Assembly (NCBI RefSeq): GCF_004010195.1
Contig: NC_057719.1
Location: 53,954,541-53,996,196, forward strand
Origin: Chiloscyllium plagiosum
Taxonomy: Eukaryota
Reading direction: 5' to 3'
Length of the DNA stretch: 41,656 nt
The notes beneath the pieces were generated by a model, which did no database searches, was not told the DNA's origin, and saw only the letters and a list, made by a program, of their open reading frames with translations. Of the stretch, positions 22,463 to 35,659 are shown in pieces; the first letter of the stretch is position 1; the number at the start of each line of letters is the position of its first letter. The position numbers were made by a program, and so were the translations under genes.

Positions 22463-24167
22463 TACAACCACACAAATGATTTTTACTGGAAAACTGAGCT
22501 ATAATCTAACTAGCAAAACCTCACGTACAAACTTGTACTCGATTTGTGAATTGCACCCAAAGCAGAAACATTTATGTCAGGAATTTTAAAAAACTAAGAT
22601 TTAATTTACAAGCTTCAACATTCACAGCCAAAATGTGTCTTATTTTCTCATACTTTAGAATGGAAATTTATTGTCACATGTACGTTTATATGAAAAATAC
22701 AGTGAAATGTTTTATATGTCACCTTATCACAGCGCCGACATCAGTGACAGAAATCATACATAATAATTTTTTAAAAATAAAATTAAGACAGAGTTCATCA
22801 CAGTTCAGTTAATGGCTCCTGGGCTTGGGGAAAGCAGATTTTTGAAGTTAAGTCATTAGTCTGTTTAAAGTTAAAATAGAGAAAAAAAATCAACTTCACA
22901 AAATCCCATTTAATATGTTTGGTAGCAAAAAATACAATTTTCAAACCTTTTCTCCCCAAGATAACACTCACAATATTTGCAGCAGGGATAAATTCACAAA
23001 TTCAAGTGTAACTTTGCAGTTTTCAATATTATTAAATATTATGCTTTTCCTAAATGAAATATATTTTTCTTTCAATTACGCAATGATGAAACTGAACATT
23101 TTGAACTCCTCTAAATTTTGGAAACAATTATACCTTTTACTATGAATTGTACAAGGAATAATATCACAAACAAATCTTCTTGTACTTCATTTATCTTTCA
23201 GTTTGAAGGCTTACAGGCTCACTACTAGTCCTGTGTATCTTCTTTCATCTCTAAATTATTTATAACTGCCGTGGAAAGGAAGGTGTGAGCATCACTCACA
23301 CTGTGCAATGCTATTCAGCGTCAGTGGAGCAGAACACATCTTGTAAAAGAAAAAGGCTGAGGGATAAAAGTAATCTGAGATAGGTCCAAAAAAACTTGAG
23401 GCTACCATTACCAAAGAAAAAGAGATGAATCAGACTCTGGTGCTAGGAATCTTGAGTCCCTCTTTACTTAAAACGATCAGAAGTAAAAGATTGGCCCAAA
23501 ATTGCAGGAGCACAAACTATAAAATAGGTTATAATATTATACTATAAAAGACACAAAGTCTACTGCGAAGGCAGTCCTCACAAATAAACATGTTCAGTAC
23601 AGTCTTCCTTTGTTTTCTCAACTAATATAAATCACACAAGCACACTGAGTAATACATTAGCTCAAGACTGATGAATAAAAACTACTCAGGTAAATACAGA
23701 AATATAGCTAATACTTGTGAAACTGTTCTTGTTTATGAGAAAGTTAGCACTCTTTGGAAAGAGAAGACTAACAGAGAGTTGAGGATAGATCAGCAAAATA
23801 TCCTTTTAACTGAAAGAGGAGGGAGAAACACTTAACACTTCATAAAAATCATATGTAGTAACATGCCCTAATCATTGCCTTATCCCTGTGTGTGCATATG
23901 AGGAAGAGAAAATTAAGGTAAGTAATAAATGAAATCAGTATTGTTAAAAGCAGACTTGGTGCACTTTATAAATAAACCAAGTAACACTTCCAGTCCATGC
24001 TCTCGGAGAGCAACAGCCCTTGTTAAAATGAAGGGCAGTGAGCATTCTCTTGTTTGATATTGTTGTGTTCTAACTAAATCAGTTGTAACCTAGTGGGGCA
24101 GGAAACACAGTAATAATAGGATTTAATGAATCCTATGCGCTATATAAATGAAATCCTCATTTTATTT

Positions 24168-25405
24168 AATGTTGTCCCCTTGTTCAAGAAGGGAAATAGA
24201 GACAATCCTGGTAATTATAGACCAGTGAGCTTTCCTTCTGTTGTGGCTAAAGTGTTGGAAAGGATTATAAGAGATAGGATTTATAATCATCTAGAAAGGA
24301 ATAAGTTGATTAGGGATAGTTGACACGGTTTTGTGAAGGGAGGTCATGCCTCACAAACCTTATTGAGTTCTTTGAGAAGGTGGCCAAGCAGGGGCATGAG
24401 GGTAAACTGGTTGATGTGGTATATATAGATTTCAGTAAAGCATTTGATAAGGTTTCCCAAGATAGGTTATTGCAGAAAATACAGAGGCATGGGATTGAGG
24501 GTGATTTTGCGATTTGGATCATAAATTGGCTAGCTGAAGGAAGACAGAGGGAGGTAATTGATGGGAAATATTCATCCTGGAAATCAGTTACTCGTGGTGT
24601 ACCGCAAGGATCTGTTTTGGGCCCACTGCTGTTTGTCATTTTTATAAGTAACCTGGATGAGGGCATAGAAGGATAGGTTAGCAAATTTGTGGATGACACT
24701 AAGGTCAGTGGAGTTGTGGACAATGCAGAAGGATGTTGCAGATTACAGGGGTACATAGATAAGCTGCAGACCTGGGCTAAGAGGTGGCAAAGGTGGCAAA
24801 TAGAGGTTAATGCAGAAAAGAGTGAAGTGATTAACTTTGGAAGAAGTAACAGGAATACAGAGTACTGGACTCATGGTAAAATTCTTGATAGTGCGGGTGA
24901 GCAGAGAGATCTCGGTGTTCATGTGCATAAATCCCTGAAAGTTGCCATCCAGATTGATAGGGTTGCTAAGAAGATGTATGGTGTGTTAGCTTTTATTGGT
25001 AAGAGGGATTGAGTTTTGGAACCAGAAGGTTATGTTGCAGCTGTATAAAACTCTGGTGCGGCTGCACTTGGAGTATTATGTACAGTTCTGGTCGCCGCAT
25101 TATAGGAAGGATTTGGAAGCATTGGAAAGGGTGCAGAGGAGATTTACTAGGATGTTACCTGGTATGGAGGGAAGGTCTTATGAGGAAAGGCTGAGGAACT
25201 TGAGGCTGTATTCATTAGAGAGAAGAAGGATGAGAGGTGACTTAATTGAGACATACAAGATGATCAGAGAATTAGATAGGGTGGACAATGGGAGCCTTTT
25301 CCCTCGGATGGTGATGACTAGCATGAGGTGACATAGCTTTAAATTGAGGGTGATAGATATAGGACACATGTCAGGGGTAGTTTCTTTAGTCAGCGAGTAC
25401 TAAGG
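24168..25405 (+). mobile_element. CR1 ORF2 reverse-transcriptase fragment, disrupted, truncated at both ends
   Basis: [61 protein letters not shown] and LEYYVQFWSP spread over several frames. Confidence 0.96.
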
Positions 25406-26462
25406 CGAAGAATCTCCATCTTCATTCTTATAACTGCAGCTACAATGTCAGTCAGCCGCATAGCTAATGATGAAAGTGAACATATATTTCCAAATGTGAG
25501 AATATATTTGCTATACCTATGCCACTAATATACCCTCAGAAAGTTTCCTTTCTCCTTTCCCTTCCATTTTGTTGTCACAGGTCCACAGCTGAAGAGAAGG
25601 GAGCCTACTGAATAATGGAGTCTTTTAGCCTTAGAGTTGGGTGGGTGACCCTGAGGACAGCTGTGGCTAGAGGGTGCAGACATGCTGAGACCATCCTGGT
25701 CTGATGGAGGTTCACATCTTGGCTGAACCTCCATAGTATGGAGGGTGGCAGATAGTGTGAAGCTGGAGGGGCTGGGCTATTCTGGGGTGGCCTGAAAGGA
25801 GATTGCTGGGGGGGTCACGTTCTTGAAAGGTAAATCTTGGCTTGCAACACTCAAATCAGTGATAGCTGGCATTTCCATTGCTGGTGAGTACAAGACAGTG
25901 AAAGAGCAGTACCATAAAGAAATGATGTGTAGTTAATGAGGTGAACAGCAAAGAATTGTATGAGATAAAACATTAGACCTCACAGATGGAAACCCTCCAT
26001 GAAACTCCACAAAACTGACACATTACCAACTTCTGGAAAAATTCAGTCCTTGTCTGAAATTTGAAGAAAGCCTTTGAACAATCAGTATTACAGGAAACTC
26101 GGAGTGAAGCTCCGAAATTTCAGGGCTGGATCAATTTTACAGGTGCATGTGCATTATGTGGTAGGATTAATAAATAGTTATAAATACTGAGAAAATCTGA
26201 GCATAAGGTATCAATGTAGTTACAGTCAAATTGCACAATTTTTTAAACGATGCGTGGTGCCTTCCTATCTTCAGACTAAATCCAAAACTGGGAGAGCTTG
26301 GATGAGGTAAAGTTGGCCTACAAAAATACGAAAGGGAGCTGTTGAAACTCTGGTAGGAGGAATGTCCGAGAAATCAAGGTCTAACCACTCCATAAGCTGT
26401 ACCAAAAGTGTAGATGTCTTAATCAATTTCCAGAAATGGTCCAATTTCTTCCTGTTCATTAC

Positions 26463-28525
26463 TGTTACATAGAAGAAAGGAAACTTTCACCAGGCTTTTC
26501 AATAAACTCAAAATAAACTGTAAGTCACAAGTAAACTTATTCTTCAAACAAGTGGCAAACTGATTATTAACTAAGCCACTGTACAAGTTAAACTATATTG
26601 CCCTTAATCTCCAATATACACACATTTGGTCACAGATAAGGTGAGGCACACACACACAATTCTACAGCGCTATTGTGAGTGGGAAGAAATTAGGCAAACC
26701 AAGTCAAAGTAAAGGGACAAGTTCAGATGAAAAAAAGGGTTGAATTCTTCCTTGAATTTAGATCAATGACATCAAATTACTGACAATCACAGAATAATGG
26801 GAAACTTTATACATGGATTTTAGTAAGGCGTTTGATAAGGTTCCTCATTGTAGACTAATGGAGAAAGTGAAGTCACATGCTGTGCAGTGTGTTCTAGCTA
26901 GGTGGATAAAGAACTGGTTGAGCAACAGGAAACAGAGAGTAGTAGTTGAAGGGAGTTTCTTGAAATAGAGAAAGGTGACCAGTGGTGTTCAACAGGGGTC
27001 AGTGTTGGGGCCACTGTTGTTTGTAATATACATAAGTGATCTAGAAGAGGGCATTGTTGGTATGATCAGCAAGTTTGCAGATGACAAAAATTGGTGGAGT
27101 AGCAGAAAGCATAAAGGACTGTCAGAGAATACAGGAGGATATAGATAGACTGAGAGTTGGGTGGAAAAGTGGCAGATGGCTTTCAATCCATACAAATGTG
27201 AGGTGATGCATTTAGGAAAGACTAATTCTAGAGAGAATTATACAATGAATGGAAGAGCCTTGGGAAAAGTTGATGAGCAGAGAGATCTGGGAGTACAGGT
27301 CCATTGTACCCTAAAGGTTGCTGCATAGGTGGATAGAATGGTCAAGAAAGCATATAGTATGCTTGCCCTCATTGGACAAGGTATTGAGTATAAGAGTATA
27401 AGAGCTGGCAAGTCATGTTAAAATTATACAAGACATTGGTTTGGCCATATTTGGAATACTGTGTACAGTTCTGGTCACCACATTACCAAAAGGATGTGGA
27501 CGCTTTGGAGAGGGTGCAGAGAAGGTTTACAGGAATGTTGCCTGGTATGGAAGTGCTAGCTATGAAGAGAGGTTGAGGAAGTTAGATTTGTTTTCATCAG
27601 AAAAAAGAAGATTGAGGGGGGACCTGATTGAAGTTTACAAAATCATGAAGGGCATAGACAGGGTGGATAGAGACAAGCTTTTTCCCAGGGTGAAGGATTC
27701 AATAACGAGAGGTCATGGTTTCAAGGTGAGAGGTGGAAAGTGTAAGGGAGATACACGTGGCAAGTACTTCACACAGAGGGTGGTGGACATTTGGAAAGCA
27801 TTGCCAGCAGAAGTGGTAGAGGCAGGCACAGTAGATTCATTTAAGATGCCTCTGGACAGATGCATGAGTAGGTGGGGAGCAGAGGGACACAAATGCTTCG
27901 GAATTGATGGACAGGTTTAGACAGTACATTTGGATCGGCTCAGGCTTGGAGGGCCGTAGGGCCTGTTTCTTGGCTGTAAATTTTCTTTGTTCTTTTGTTC
28001 TTTCAGAACAAATTTCAGATTCAGACTTAAGCAGTTAGGAACCCTATTGTTTGAAAAACTTTATCTTTTTTTTCAAACTAATTCATGGACAGAGATTTTG
28101 AGAGAGTGCTGCCTTGAACTCCACACTCCTACCTTTACTGACTGAAAGAGGGAGAGACAATACTGCATTCACCTAAACGTGTCTAATAACTACCTATAGC
28201 TTTGAGCTGTGTGCTGAAAAGCAGCCTCAGGACTGAGGTATTGTATTGTCACTAAATGATAACAGTCTACTTCCATTAGATTTTTCCAAGTCTTTTTGTT
28301 CAATAAGTAAAGCAATAATACTCCAACCTTATTTCTCTGTAAAATCCTTGCTGATACTTGTTTCTAATGGCACATTTTCTTTGTAATCTGTAAATAGACC
28401 ATAAACTTTAAGCTTTTAACTTTCAAGTTCCAAGCAATCACATGATAAATCCTTTGTAACCCAGTAGTGTCCAAATACGTCCAGATTACAATTCTCATAG
28501 ATGATAATAATATCCATTCCTAACA
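26463..28525. mobile_element. Candidate solo LTR (~870 bp) interrupted by CR1
   Basis: TGTTA...TAACA inverted termini around the CR1 at 26809-28003; no TSD found. Confidence 0.35.
26809..28003 (+). mobile_element. 5'-truncated CR1 (RT to 3' tail), distinct subfamily
   Basis: [31 protein letters not shown] and the ORF 27441-27920 C-terminus; ttctttg-type tail. Confidence 0.96.
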
Positions 28526-30344
28526 TAAATCATTGTTTTCCTCCTGTGGCTGTAGGAAATGGAATTAGGATACTTCAAGTGATATAATTAAAGGGTACCA
28601 TAGACTGCACTCAAAGACACTAACAACAGAGGTAGAAGTCATATGACTATGGTAAGTTACCAAGTAGAATAAATACAAAACTCCTTTTTCATAAAGAAAA
28701 CAAATAAAAATGCATATACTATAATTTACAGTTATAAGTAACAGAAGTTATCCAATATACATGGTCACAAAACAAAATCACTCATTAACAAAACAGCAAA
28801 ATAATTCTAGTCAGTTCCACTTTTGTCAATCTCTGTATGTGCATTGCATACACAGCCTTTAAATCATGCAGATCTCAAAGTAGCAGGGAGTGTTTGGTAT
28901 TGGCTGTTCATTAAGTACCTACTCTTTCCTAAAATGCTGTTCCTTCTCCAGGCAGTGTCATTCCCATGGAGATTGCTATCGCTGTCATAACACAGTGTTG
29001 CTTAACCACTTGTTTGACTGGGGAACATTGCACTTCTGGGAGTCACTGGTCATTTTGTGTAAGTGTTGAAATCACTTCTTCCTTATCAGTTACCTTCAGT
29101 GAAAGTACAATTACTCTAATGCAACATATATGTCTGCAGTTCTGATGCTATACCTGTTCATTCATCATCAATGAATATGATCACAGTGACAACAGCTCTA
29201 CACAGATTCCAGGTTACCAGCTCTGGCAATGATTGGCAATTCCATGAAGGTGAAATACGGCCATCTCTCATCATACCTTCATTTTGATATTAACATCTGT
29301 TACTGCTTCTGGATGCAATGGAATTTTGGTTATTAGAAGAATAGATTGGGTGCAGCATAACATTGTACTTTATATTGAACTACTCTCCATGCCTTCTATG
29401 GATGTATCGCTCCACTCAAAGATTATTTTGAACAAGTCTATGGTGAATTTAATCAAATTCTTTGTCATTCCTTTGGCAACTTTAATTCACAATTCAAATT
29501 CTCAATTTGAATGGGGATACCATGGAGATAATGTTTAATCTTGCATTTACCAATCATTTATGAATCAACTGAATTCTTTGCTTATGAATTGAAGACCACT
29601 GTCACACATCAGCATTTCTGGAATCCCATAACAACTCATGTATGATTGTCATTCCTGTGAGAGTCAAGAGAACAGTAGAAAGTAGAGCCAGTTCAAAGCT
29701 TTATTCATGATCTACCTGGGATGATATGTGTCACAATGACACTAAGTGGTTTACCTTCGATATTTCTTGCAAACACAGTGTTCGTCTTTGACTAATGGTA
29801 CATATTTATCCAGTCAAATGTTTCTTTCTCTTTTCTGAAACTCAGGTCCTTCCTAGATGTGCTTCAGCATCTCTTTTCTCATTTCCTTGTGATAATGACT
29901 TGATTTCCTTTTTACAAATGCCATCCCAGACTGTTATTTCATCATAGTTAGACCAATTCTCTACTATGGCAACAAATGTATCCTTGATATTTTATTGCAA
30001 TTAATAATGTATTAGACTCTCAGCTTAATTTGTTCTCTTGACCTAAATATGATTCCACAAAGAGCCTCAGTCATATGTTTAAGGGCTTCATGTTTGGGTC
30101 AATATCTTGAGCAACTTCCCACAGATCTGTGAAGCTCATGATAGACACCAATGACATGTGCAATACCTGACACATCAATATTGCTGTTCTTTTGCAGTTA
30201 TCATTCTAACTGCCACATGCCATTTAATATCTTTCAACTAACCTGTTGCATGGTATGGAGTCAGTTTAGAGAATTACCAGCTGACACTTGTCCAGCAGTC
30301 ATCATTATAGGCTTGTTTTGCTACTTTCTTGCTAAGCACATCAG

Positions 30345-31471
30345 AAATTGCAGCAGGACTTTGATCAGCTGGGGAAGTGGGCTGAGAAATGAAAAATGGA
30401 GTTTAATCTATAAGTGTGAGGTCTTGCATTTTGGAAAGTCAAATCAAGGTCAGAGTTTCATGGTGAATGGTTGGGTCTTAAGGAATGTAGTGGAACAGAG
30501 GGACGCTGGAGTTCCGGTGTATGGTTCTCTGAAAGTGGAGTCACAGGTAACAGGGCAGTGAAGAAGGCTTTTGGCATACTGGCCTTCATCACTCAGGACA
30601 TTCAGTATTACAGTTGGGAAGTTATGCTGCAGCTATACAGGACATTGCTGAAACCACACTTAGAGGATTGTGTTCAGTTTAGGTCACCTTGTTATAGAAG
30701 GGATGTTTGATTAGATTAGATTACTTACAGTGTGGAAACAGGGCCTTTGGCCCAACAAGTCCACACCGACCCTCCGAAGAGCAATCCACTCAGACCCATT
30801 CCCCTACATTTATCCCTTCACCTGCACATCTTTGGACTGTGGGAGGAAACTGGAACACCCAGAGGAAACCCACGCAGACACGGGGAGAATATGCAAACTC
30901 CACACAGACAGTTGCCCGAGGTGGGATTTGAACCTGGGTCTCTGGCGCTGTGAGGCAGCAGTGCTAGCCACCGTGCCGCCCAAGAATACAGGAAAAAATT
31001 ACAAGGATGTTACCTGAACTCAATAGTCTGAGTTACAGAGAGAGATTGGACAAGCTCAGACTTTTTTCTTTAGAATGTGGGAGACTGAAAGGGGACCTTA
31101 TAGATGTATAGAAGATCATGAGAGGCATGGATAGGGTGAATGCACTCAATCTTTTTCTCAGTTTGGGGAATCGAGGACTAGATGGTATCAGTTTAAGGTT
31201 AGAGGGGAAAGAATAAAAGGGAACCTGAGAGGTTTTGTTTTTACACAGAGGGTGGTACACACATGGAATGAGCTGCCAGCAGAGGTGGTTGAGGTGGGTA
31301 TATTAACAACATTTAAAAGATATTTGGACAAATACATGGATCAGAAAGGATTAGAAGGATATGAGCCAAGCACAGGGAAATGGGGTTAGTGTGGATGGAC
31401 ATTTTGGTCGGCACGGACCAGTTTGGGCCGAAGATCCTGTCTCCGTGTTGTAGGATTCTATGACTCTATGA
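30345..31471 (+). mobile_element. 5'-truncated CR1 split by an HE1 SINE
   Basis: KCEVLHFGKSN, QLYRTLLKPHLEDCVQF, then the C-terminus and attctatgactctatg tail. Confidence 0.93.
30708..30981 (-). mobile_element. HE1 SINE with ~40-bp internal deletion
   Basis: Reverse complement of the copies at 14040 and 35023; lacks the ggccatgctaaattgcc segment. Confidence 0.94.
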
Positions 31472-31948
31472 CACATGCATGTAAAAAGTGATTCAGCTTC
31501 TTGCAGATTACTTTTTTTGTATGATATATTTATATTTTATCCAATGGCCTTTATCTCTCTGCTGATGCTTCTGAAAATATCTTTCTTTCGAATACATTAT
31601 TTTCATTTAGTCTGGAGTGTCTCTCAGTAGAATGTTTTCATCATTTCTCTCATTAATATATTTGATGATTGACAATCTCACAAATTCAACATAAGTCATA
31701 GCTTTCTTGATGGAAAGGTTCTCTCATCTTAGCTGATTTGCAGAATCTCTTATGCCTAAGACAATTTCTCTCTGGTGGGATCATATTTCAGTAGCCCTAA
31801 ATTATAGGATCCAACTAGATATTTCAGTGCCATCAGATACTCATCAAAAGTTCCTGATTAGACTTGAGCTCTGATGTTGAATAAATGTTACTCATCGGTA
31901 ACATTCATATGGGATTCAAAGTTTGTCTACAAAGGTTGCAAAATCTCA

Positions 31949-33439
31949 CATAGAGTCACAGAGATTTATAGCATAGAAACAGTTCAACTCATCCATGCCA
32001 ACCAAATATGCGAAATAAATCTAGTCCCATTTACCAGCATTTGGCCCATATCTCTAAACCCTTCCTATTCATATATCCATCCAGATGTCTTTTAAATGCT
32101 GTTATTGTACCAGCTTCCACCACTTCCTCTGGCAGCTCATTCCATACAAACACTACCCTCTGCATGAAAACATTGCCCCTTAGGTCCCTTTTAAATCTTT
32201 CTCCTTTCACCCTAAACCTATATCCTTCAGTTTTGAACACACTCACCTGGGGAAAAGACCTTGGCTATTCACCCTACCTATGATTTAATCAACCTCTATA
32301 AAGTCACCCTTTGGCCTCTGATGCTCCAGGGAAAACAACCCCAGTCTATTCAGCCCCTCCTTAAAGCCAAAATCCTCCAACCTTGGCAACATGCTTGTGA
32401 ATATTTTCTGAACCTTTTCAAGCTTCACAATATCCTTCCTATAGGATGGAGACCAGAGTTACATGCCATGTTTCAAATGTGAAGAAAGTGAGGACTGCAG
32501 ATGCTGGAGATCAGAGCTGAAAATGTGTTGCTGGAAAAGCGCAGCAGGTCAGGCAGCATCCAAGGAACAGGAGAATCGACATTTCGGGCATAAGCCCCTT
32601 CAATGTGGCCTAACCAATGTCCTGTACAGCTATATCATGATCTCCCAACTCTTACACTCAGTGCACTGACCAATAAAGGCAAGCATAACAAATATCTTCT
32701 TCACTATCTATCTGCGACGCTACTTCCTAGGAATTATGAACCTGCAGTCCAAGGTCTCTACGCTCAGCAACACTCCTCAGGACCTTGCCATTAGTGTAAG
32801 TCCCGCCCTGATTTGCCTTTCAAAAATGCAGCACCTCACATTGATCTAAATTAATGTCCATCTGTCATTCCTTGGCCTGTTGGCATATCTGATTGAGGTC
32901 CTGTTGTACTCTGAGGTAACCTTTGTATCTCTCCACTACACATCCAATTTTGGTCTAATCTGCAAACTTACTATATCTCCTATGTTCATGTTCAAATCAT
33001 TTACATAAACAACAAAAAGCAGTGGACACCACTGATCCTTGTGGCAACCATTGGTCACAGGCCTCCAGTCTGAAAAGTTACCCTCCACCACCACCCTCTG
33101 TCTTCTACCTTTGAGCCAATTCTGTACTAAGTGGCAACTTGCACTTGTCTTCCATGTAATCTAACCTTGCTAACCAGTCTACCATGAGGAATCTTGTCAA
33201 ACACCTTACTTAAGTCTACATCGGTCATGTTCACCGCTCATTAGATCTTCGATAAACTTAATCAAGTTAGTAAGACATGATTTCCCACATACAAAGTCAT
33301 GTTGACTATACCTAATCAGCCCTTGCCTTTCCAAATACATGTAAATCCTGTCCCTCAGGATTCTGTCCAACAATTTGCCCACCATTGATGTCAGGCTTAC
33401 TGGTCTACAGTTCCCTGGCTTTTCCTTACCGTCTTTCTT
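31949..33439 (-). mobile_element. 5'-truncated CR1 (RT to tail)
   Basis: Minus ORF 32031-32246 is the CR1 C-terminus; decayed RT motifs extend to ~33430; catagagtc tail at 31949. Confidence 0.93.
32482..32598 (-). mobile_element. Penelope 3'-end unit inserted in CR1, 5'-truncated inside the hammerhead core
   Basis: Flanked by ttcaaatgtg (32472-32481) and ttcaatgtg (32599-32607). The minus strand starts ggggcttatgccc-gaaa-tgtc, so the CUGA box is missing. Confidence 0.82.
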
Positions 33440-35022
33440 CTATCTGGTTCATATACCTCAGTGAGATTCAGGCTGCAATGCAATTTGTAAACCCTTTCCT
33501 TATCACTGATAACAAGGTTGCTATTCGTGCAAGCTCAAAATTTTACAATTGATTCTGTGGCCATTTCATAGTAGAGAGTAGAAAAATACATTCAATTCTG
33601 TTTATTATCTCGCTTCATTTCCATAGTAGCAGGGACTGGAAATTGCACAGCCAGTTTGAATCCCCCAGTAATTCATAACTGTAAGCTGCTGTTTTAGTAC
33701 TTCTATACTTTTGCTTTCAGTAGCTGGCTCTCTTACAGCTCTTAAAATCCGCTCAGTTCCAACTGGACATTCCTTGCTGTCATTTTCACAGAATCTAACT
33801 TTTTTTTACAGCCAACAAACATGAATGCCACCACCACCCACATCCCCCCACTCACTCCCAAGATCCACAGACTTGATGAATTAGAAACTTGTTTGGGAAG
33901 TATCTTGCTGGGTGGCGTTCCTAAGCTGAAGCATACAGAAGCTTTGAATGGAAGGTGAGTAGAGAACTTAACAATCTTTTGACTGAATCACAGACAGATT
34001 AGTGAAGATTGAGTTAACGCATCCCAAATGAACGGGCTGCCCTCACTAGTGAACCAATCAACCGCAGCGACTTTTCTCTCATATTACCTGGAGCTGAAAT
34101 AATTGCAACCCAGGCAGGAGAGCCCATTAATTGGCTCTTAACTGGTCATTAATTAGTCACTTTGAGAGCTTCAATTGGGAAGATGGAGCTTGTGCTTTTC
34201 TGCCTCATACTTAATTTCAGAAGATACAGGGTACTGTTTTGCTATTATCCTGAATAAGTTACTTCCTGTGTCTGCCCCTCTGCCTCTGGGCTCAAACAAT
34301 TCCGTGTACATTACTTGATTTATACCTGATAGTACAATTGTCAGGGTGCAAAATGCACAGTAAATTTCAAATCCTGTTAAATAAATGTTCACCTGTTTGT
34401 ACCAAACTGTCTTGCAGTATTCAAATCACACAAAGATGGGTGGTTATTGAACACAGCTAATTTCTGCTCATATTTCTGGTCCTTTCTGTGTACATTTCCA
34501 CTCCATTATGTCCATATTGAACTTTTATATGGATGACAACAGAACCTAAAAGTGGAACCTGAATCTCTCTATTTTGTTCCAGCCAATAGATAGTGATTAC
34601 AATATTTCATTCACACATAAAGAGTATTGTGATAGCAGATATTTTAGGCTGAAATTACACGTTTTATAAAAACCACTTTCTACCTTAAAACAAATTGAAG
34701 CAATGTGAATGTGATGCTGTGGTAAAGTACAGTGAGTTTTGATTGCAACAAAAGTGTTTAAGCTTGTTTTGTCTAGTCTCATAGCAGAGCTACTGAAGTG
34801 TGCTGTAACACAGACAGACATTCATTATCCTTTATATCACTTTAGTAAGTACTCAGATATTTATTCTGTATATTGCAGTCAAGCATTGCACACAAATCAC
34901 TGTCAATAATTCTCGTGGCATCAAAATAAAAGTGAAAAATAGACTCATTAGTGACCTATGACTTATTTAACAGGGGAAAAGGCTTTGTTATCTTTTGGAG
35001 CAGTCTATACAGTGCACAATTT

Positions 35023-35340
35023 GGGTGGCATGGTGGCACAGTGGTTAGCACTGCTGCCTCACAGCGCCAGAGACCCGGGTTCAGTTCCCGCCTCAGGCGA
35101 CTGACTGTGTGAGTTTGCACATTCTCTCCGTGTCTGCGTGGGTTTCCTCCGGGTGCTCCAGTTTCCTCCCACAGTCCAAAGATGTGCAGGTCAGGTGAAT
35201 TGGCCATGCTAAATTGCCCGTAGTGTTAGGTAAGGGGTAAATGTAGGGGTATGGTTGGGTTACGCTTCGGCGGGTCGGTGTGGACTTGTTGGGCCGAAGG
35301 GCCTGTTTCCACACTGTAAGTAATCTAATCTAAAAAAAAA
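35023..35340 (+). mobile_element. HE1 (V-SINE), full length
   Basis: Near-identical to 14040-14361; ends taatctaatctaaaaaaaaa. Confidence 0.95.
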
Positions 35341-35659
35341 CAATACTGGAGTAAATGTACAAAACAAGTGATGAAGTATCTATAGCTTCTGTGTGTATAA
35401 GATAAGTATATATCATACCGAGTCAAAATTGGAATAACCCAAATTCCAATTGTCTCAATAGAGTAATACTAATGATAGACTGGAGTTATGCACTAGTAAC
35501 TTTGGATTGGTTGAACTTATACAAATAACTGTGCTCAACAATTGGGTTTGAGTTAGGCAACATGAGAGCACCTAAACATAGAGCTTTGGCCAAGCATTAA
35601 TTTAACACCAAGATCTGCCTTAGAAGGGAATTTCAAACCCTGCAAATATGTGAAACCTG

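Larger units (their letters stand above)
28681..33700 (-). pseudogene. Gypsy relic B: gag (~33660-33440 and ~31946-31475) and integrase (~30050-29100), split by two CR1 insertions
   Basis: gag AVQFPVPATMEMKRDNKQN, RIATLLSVIRK..LNLTE | EILQPL*TNFESHMNVTDE*HLFN, IVLGIRDS; knuckle ICKKLNHFLHAC; IN ENWSNYDEITVWDG, YGIPEMLMCDSGLQFISKEFS*FINDW, LSPWYPHSN*EFEL*IKVAK, EWSDTSIEGMESS. Candidate PPT gaaaaaggag at 28681-28690. Confidence 0.87.

Noticed and set aside
24150..25435. Weak direct repeat flanking the CR1 RT fragment (atcctcatttta / atcttcattctta)
   Set aside because: AT-rich and imperfect, and the CR1 lacks its 3' tail, so it is not a credible TSD.
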